A stretch of DNA of 30,576 nt from Candidatus Micrarchaeota archaeon. GTDB taxonomy: Archaea; Micrarchaeota; Micrarchaeia; Norongarragalinales; SBBD01. Position numbers and translations under genes: made by a program. This document shows positions 26,201-30,576 of this stretch, piece by piece (the first letter of the stretch is position 1; each line of letters opens with the position of its first letter). The notes below the pieces were generated by a model, which saw only the letters and a program-made list of their open reading frames with translations, was not told where the DNA came from and made no database searches. The stretch lies in NCBI GenBank assembly GCA_038046605.1, contig JBBSVW010000078.1:1-30576 (forward strand), read 5' to 3'.

Positions 26201-27670
26201 TTACCTTGCAATTCTCTTAAGCACGGGGTACATCTCGAAAATTTGCTGCTGCGCCAAATCCTCGTAGAACCGGTATAGGATGCCTACGGTTAGGAGGATT
26301 CCAGTCCCGGTCCCAAGCGCCCCGGTGATATCTGCAAACCATGCCAAAACCCCAACGAAAATGCTGCCAAGGACCGTAATAATTGGGATATACTTTTGCA
26401 AAATCTTTTCGGTAATCCTTGGATCCTGCCTATAGCCGGGAATCTGAAGGCCCGTATTCTTGAGCTGCTGCGCAACTTTTGCCGCGCCCATTCCCGTGCT
26501 TTCAATCCAAAACCAGCCGAATATGACGCAAAGTGTAACCAGAACGATGCCATAAACAAGAATGTGGAGGATTTCAGTTGGGTTAAGCAAATACTGCGAA
26601 ACATAGGTTGCATATCCTCCTGTTAGGAAAATTGGCGAAGGAAGCGCGCTTGATAGGTATGCAAAACCCCCATCAAGGCCAGGGAGGGGCCTATTGGATA
26701 CCTTATCGAATTGGCCCAGGAGTGGAAAGCCCGAATTTGCCATGAAAAGCCCAATCACCTGCACATTAAGCAGCAGGGCGGATGCCAAAATTACCGGAAT
26801 ATTGCTCACATATAGGAATTTGATTGGGTATCTTGCGCCAAGGCCCCTGGCTCCGCCATAAGCCAATGGCAGCTCAATTTTCATGCCTTCGGCAAAAACC
26901 ACAATCAAAAACACTATGATTGTGAACATCAGCGGGAATACAGTCCATATTGCAATATCAAGCCTGCCAGCTGTTAGCTGGAATAACGTATTGGGTAGGA
27001 TTCCTGCGGGTTCCGATGTTGCCGAAGGGACAATTCCAAGCCAATCAAGGAAAAAGTACCCAAAAGTCCCAACGAAAATTGCCTGCGCAACCCCGGCTGC
27101 GATGAATAGCGAAACTCCAGAGCCAATCCCGTACTTCTGGCAAACCTCATCCATGTAAAGAAGGATGATTGATCCCATGGTAAGCTGGAACATGACTGCC
27201 AGCTGCAATGGGGTGATTATCCCAAACATTGCATTTTGCGCAAAAAGAGCGGATGTTGTTGCATCGGATGCAACCACGATTGCCTTTGAATAGATGAATC
27301 CCTCGACCAGGGATAGGAAGATTGCAAGCAGCTTTTGGATTCCCTGGAATGTCTTCTTGTTTTCAGGAAGGGATAAATCAAGATTGATGAGTTTTGCGCC
27401 TACAGCAAGCTGCAGGAAGATGGATGCGAGCACAATTGGCCCAATTCCTGTGGTAATAAGTGTCCCCGTCCTGCTTCCCAGGAGGATTTCAAAGCGCTCG
27501 AATTGCTGGATTATGGATTTTTCCGCCCCATACGGATATACCTGCCCAAGAAGGAAGAATAATACCAAAACTCCGGCCGTCCACATCAGCTTTTCCTTAA
27601 GGCCAGGGGCCCTTAGGGGCGCTTTTACCTCCGGAAGGTTTGAAATTATGGGCTTTAGAAAATTGTACAT
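26201..27670 (-). CDS. secY: Preprotein translocase SecY / Sec61alpha
   Basis: LPEV..P, GIGPIV.ASI.LQL, KYGIGSGVSLFI, YPIKFLYVSNIP, GLQIPGYR and GTGILLTVGI motifs. Confidence 0.98.
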   Translation of the reverse strand: MYNFLKPIISNLPEVKAPLRAPGLKEKLMWTAGVLVLFFLLGQVYPYGAEKSIIQQFERFEILLGSRTGTLITTGIGPIVLASIFLQLAVGAKLINLDLSLPENKKTFQGIQKLLAIFLSLVEGFIYSKAIVVASDATTSALFAQNAMFGIITPLQLAVMFQLTMGSIILLYMDEVCQKYGIGSGVSLFIAAGVAQAIFVGTFGYFFLDWLGIVPSATSEPAGILPNTLFQLTAGRLDIAIWTVFPLMFTIIVFLIVVFAEGMKIELPLAYGGARGLGARYPIKFLYVSNIPVILASALLLNVQVIGLFMANSGFPLLGQFDKVSNRPLPGLDGGFAYLSSALPSPIFLTGGYATYVSQYLLNPTEILHILVYGIVLVTLCVIFGWFWIESTGMGAAKVAQQLKNTGLQIPGYRQDPRITEKILQKYIPIITVLGSIFVGVLAWFADITGALGTGTGILLTVGILYRFYEDLAQQQIFEMYPVLKRIAR

Positions 27671-27794
27671 ATTGCGTTTAGACCCTTATCCTTATTGTTT
27701 AATCCAATCGCTGCACGTATATAAAATTATTGATTTGTGAAAATATGCTTATCGAAAAGAATTGCAGCAAAATATTTTATACGGATTCTTATGC

Positions 27795-28265
27795 CTATGC
27801 AGTTGTTTTCGCTCCGGAAACAGGTTTTCCTGCCTCCCCTTTTGCGACAATTGCCTTTCCGCCGGCCTTCTCAATTGCCTCCTTGGCGGATTCCGAAAAT
27901 ATGTTGGCGGTGATGTTTGCCTTGAAGGGGAAATTGCCATTGCCAAGCACCTTCATGAGCTTCCTTTTCTGCCTCAAATCAATAGTGTACGCGCCTCCTT
28001 CGTTTTTGAACTTCCCGGTTTCAATTGCAAGTGCAAGCTTGTTTAGCCCAATTGCAGTGATGTGCCGCCTTGTGTCGTTCACAAAACCCGGAGCAGTTGT
28101 CGAGGTGCCTTCCAACTTCAGATACATCAGCCGCTTGTGCTTGTGGAATCCCGCCCTGCCAACGCCTCCGCGGCTCCCCTTGCCCCTGCGATTCTTGGTG
28201 TTGCCAGCGCCCATGGTGCGGCTTGCGTAGTGCTTCCTCATGCTTGATTTGATCCTTCGAGCCAT
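27795..28265 (-). CDS. rpl15: 50S ribosomal protein uL15
   Basis: SRTMG.G..KNRRG.GSRGG.G.AG, KVLG.G and FSESAKE.IEKAGG motifs; ATG at 28265. Confidence 0.95.
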   Translation of the reverse strand: MARRIKSSMRKHYASRTMGAGNTKNRRGKGSRGGVGRAGFHKHKRLMYLKLEGTSTTAPGFVNDTRRHITAIGLNKLALAIETGKFKNEGGAYTIDLRQKRKLMKVLGNGNFPFKANITANIFSESAKEAIEKAGGKAIVAKGEAGKPVSGAKTTA

Positions 28266-28439
28266 AAATTTTTCCCCTCTTTTGAATATTTCTATTTTTA
28301 GCGCCCGTTGCCAGGAAGTATTATCAAACTTCTTGGACTGATATTTCAGCAAAATCAGCGCGAGGTAGGATTTAAGATATATATCCTTTTAAAGGTAGAT
28401 TATCGATTCCTTGTCTTGATTAATAGGCACGTGGACCCC

Positions 28440-28928
28440 ATGGAAGAAATGCACCCTAAAACCGCAGCTCTTTTCGGAACATTGCGAAAATACCCGGAAT
28501 TTAGGAGAAATGAACCTTTCCTAAGACATCTTGTGGGTTCAGAATATAGCCGCGAAAATGCATGGCATGCTAGGGATTTTTTAGAGCGTGGTGGGTATTC
28601 GAAGACGGATATTGAGAGTTTGGAATTTCTTCATATGGGAAAAGTTTTCCATATGGGTGGTGCTATTAGCAAATTGGAACGCCCACCTGAGACTTTGGAG
28701 GATTTAATTGAGCATGCCAATTCTCTTAGGATTGTTAATCTTATGATGATATTCGAAATGAAGGATCGGGCAACTAGCGCAAAAAAGGATAGAAGAACGA
28801 ATTTAATCGAGAGCGCAAAAGCGCTTTCTGAAATTTCGAAAATGGCTGCAGTTGCCTCTAGAGATCTAAAAAAACTCCGAAGAAATCCTCTTTTCTTGAA
28901 GCAACGAGTAAGGGGTTGGAAATTGTAG
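28440..28928 (+). CDS. Hypothetical basic helical protein
   Basis: Open frame filling the gap between uL15 and pepA. ATG 28440 follows TATA-like elements; no recognisable motif. Confidence 0.55.
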   Translation: MEEMHPKTAALFGTLRKYPEFRRNEPFLRHLVGSEYSRENAWHARDFLERGGYSKTDIESLEFLHMGKVFHMGGAISKLERPPETLEDLIEHANSLRIVNLMMIFEMKDRATSAKKDRRTNLIESAKALSEISKMAAVASRDLKKLRRNPLFLKQRVRGWKL

Positions 28929-29069
28929 CTGTTTTCATGAACAATTCCAATCGCGCTTTTTGTGCCCACTCTAGTTTTTCCGATTCCTTTAAATAATCAT
29001 CCCGCCTAACGATTTCACTATTTTTAGAGGGGAAATGCGAGAGTTTTCACTCTCCAGTGGTATCGATAG

Positions 29070-30569
29070 GTGGTCCTGATGAAAATGCATGTAAAAGCCG
29101 GAAGGATTGGGGAAAGTTCTGAGGATGCAATTATCCTGCTTCTTTTCAAGGACGAGCCGTTCCACTCGCTTGTCAGGCACGTTGATGACAAAGTGAAAGG
29201 CGCCATCAGTTCCCTAATCAAAGCAAAGGAATTTACGGGAAAGCCGGGGCAGGCCTATTTGCTTTCCCTAAGCTTGGAAAAAGCCGGATCCAAAAAAATC
29301 ATCCTTTGCGGCCTTGGGCCAAGGGCCCAGTTTTCTCTTGACCGCATCCGTGGCGCAGCCTCAAAGGGTGCATGCTTTGCCCGCAATTTGGGCCTGAAAA
29401 ATTTCTCAATGCTTCATTTGCCAGATGCCCCGTGCACGCCTGAGGATAGCGCAAGTGCGCAGGTGGAGGGCATTGCACTTGGCCTATACCAATTCAATAA
29501 ATACCATACGGAGGATGCGCAAGAGCAAAAGGCAATCGAGGAATTCTTCCTTTACACCGATATCAACAAGCTTAAATCAATTGAAAAGGCTGCGTCCAAC
29601 GCACTTACGATTTGCGAGGCTACTAACCTTACCCGCAACCTCAACAACGAGCCTGGCAACGTGGCAACGCCAACTTTCATGGCGCGGGCCGCGCAGGAGG
29701 CCGCATCAAAATACGGCTTCAAGTGCAAGGTGCTTGGCCAAAAGGAAATTGAGGCGCTCAAAATGCACTCTTTCCTAAGTGTTGCCAAGGGAAGCGTCCA
29801 GGAGCCAAAGCTTGTGATTCTCGAGTACAATACGAACGCGAAGGATACAATTGTAATTGTCGGGAAGGGAATAACCTTTGATTCCGGGGGAATTTCCATC
29901 AAGCCCTCAAAGGATATGGAAAAGATGAAGTGGGATAAGAGCGGGGGATGCGCAATCATTGGCACATTTGCCGCCGCCGCATCACTCAAATTGCCCATTC
30001 ATCTAGTTGGGATTGCCCCATTCACTGAAAATCTCCCATCGGGAAGCGCAACCAGGCCCGGTGATGTTGTTGTTGCATCCAATGGGAAAACAATTGAGAT
30101 TGCCAACACCGATGCGGAAGGCCGGCTCGTTCTTGCCGATGCGCTGGTTTATGCCGCAAAATACAAGCCAAAGGCTGTAATTGACCTTGCGACCCTGACG
30201 GGCGCTTGCGTTGTTGCCCTTGGGGATGTTGCTGCTGGCCTTTTTGGGAATGATGAAAAGCTAATTGAAAAAGTCCGCAAGGCCGGGGAAAAATCCGGCG
30301 AAAGGGCCTGGCCCTTGCCACTTTGGCGCGATTACGATGACAAGATAAAAAGCGACATTGCGGATGTGAAAAATATCAGCACAACCCCGGGTGATGCCGG
30401 CGCAATAACCGCCGCAGCATTCCTGAAAAAATTCGTTAGCTACCCTTGGGCGCACCTGGATATTGCGGGCACCGCCTGGAATGATTACGACAAGCCCTAT
30501 GGGGGAAAAGGCGCAACGGGATACGGGGTAAGGCTCCTTATCGAATTACTTAAGGATTGGAAAAACTAA
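29070..30569 (+). CDS. pepA: Leucyl aminopeptidase (M17)
   Basis: VGKGITFDSGG, MKWDKSG, NTDAEGRL, DLATLTGA and WAHLDIAG motifs. The start may be ATG 29079 or 29085. Confidence 0.97.
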   Translation: MVLMKMHVKAGRIGESSEDAIILLLFKDEPFHSLVRHVDDKVKGAISSLIKAKEFTGKPGQAYLLSLSLEKAGSKKIILCGLGPRAQFSLDRIRGAASKGACFARNLGLKNFSMLHLPDAPCTPEDSASAQVEGIALGLYQFNKYHTEDAQEQKAIEEFFLYTDINKLKSIEKAASNALTICEATNLTRNLNNEPGNVATPTFMARAAQEAASKYGFKCKVLGQKEIEALKMHSFLSVAKGSVQEPKLVILEYNTNAKDTIVIVGKGITFDSGGISIKPSKDMEKMKWDKSGGCAIIGTFAAAASLKLPIHLVGIAPFTENLPSGSATRPGDVVVASNGKTIEIANTDAEGRLVLADALVYAAKYKPKAVIDLATLTGACVVALGDVAAGLFGNDEKLIEKVRKAGEKSGERAWPLPLWRDYDDKIKSDIADVKNISTTPGDAGAITAAAFLKKFVSYPWAHLDIAGTAWNDYDKPYGGKGATGYGVRLLIELLKDWKN

Positions 30570-30576
30570 ACAAACT

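Noticed and set aside
1162-30455. Numerous antisense or alternate-frame ORFs in the track (e.g. 2327-2986, 5534-6103, 15547-16173, 24016-24273)
   Set aside because: They are shadows of well-supported genes and have no independent motifs.

Overview
Core archaeal chromosome segment, probably from a small-genome DPANN archaeon; Micrarchaeota-like is an inference from gene style and fragmented operons. It holds two tandem FtsZ2-type genes and three large secreted/surface proteins: a repeat-rich glycoprotein, a Kazal/Cys-repeat protein, and an HEXXH protease with CARDB and dockerin-like modules. It also holds EF-2, EF-1alpha, uS10, FAD synthetase, tRNA-Arg(GCG), aIF-2gamma, leucyl aminopeptidase and the distal spc-type cluster (uL15-secY-EMC3-eL34-cmk-eL14-cbf5). 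The main candidates not in the ORF track or not explained by it are: (i) a coupled four-gene membrane operon, GIDE/BAM x2 - LemA - 58-aa zinc-ribbon microprotein; (ii) a ~210-nt structured non-coding element closed by a bulge-helix-loop splicing motif, a candidate circular RNA; (iii) a box C/D sRNA whose D guide matches 16S rRNA around U1498; (iv) an eL14 gene with a 1-nt frameshift; (v) a Cmk lacking the Walker A lysine. No CRISPR array, transposase or integrase was seen. All family calls are by eye; no searches were run.
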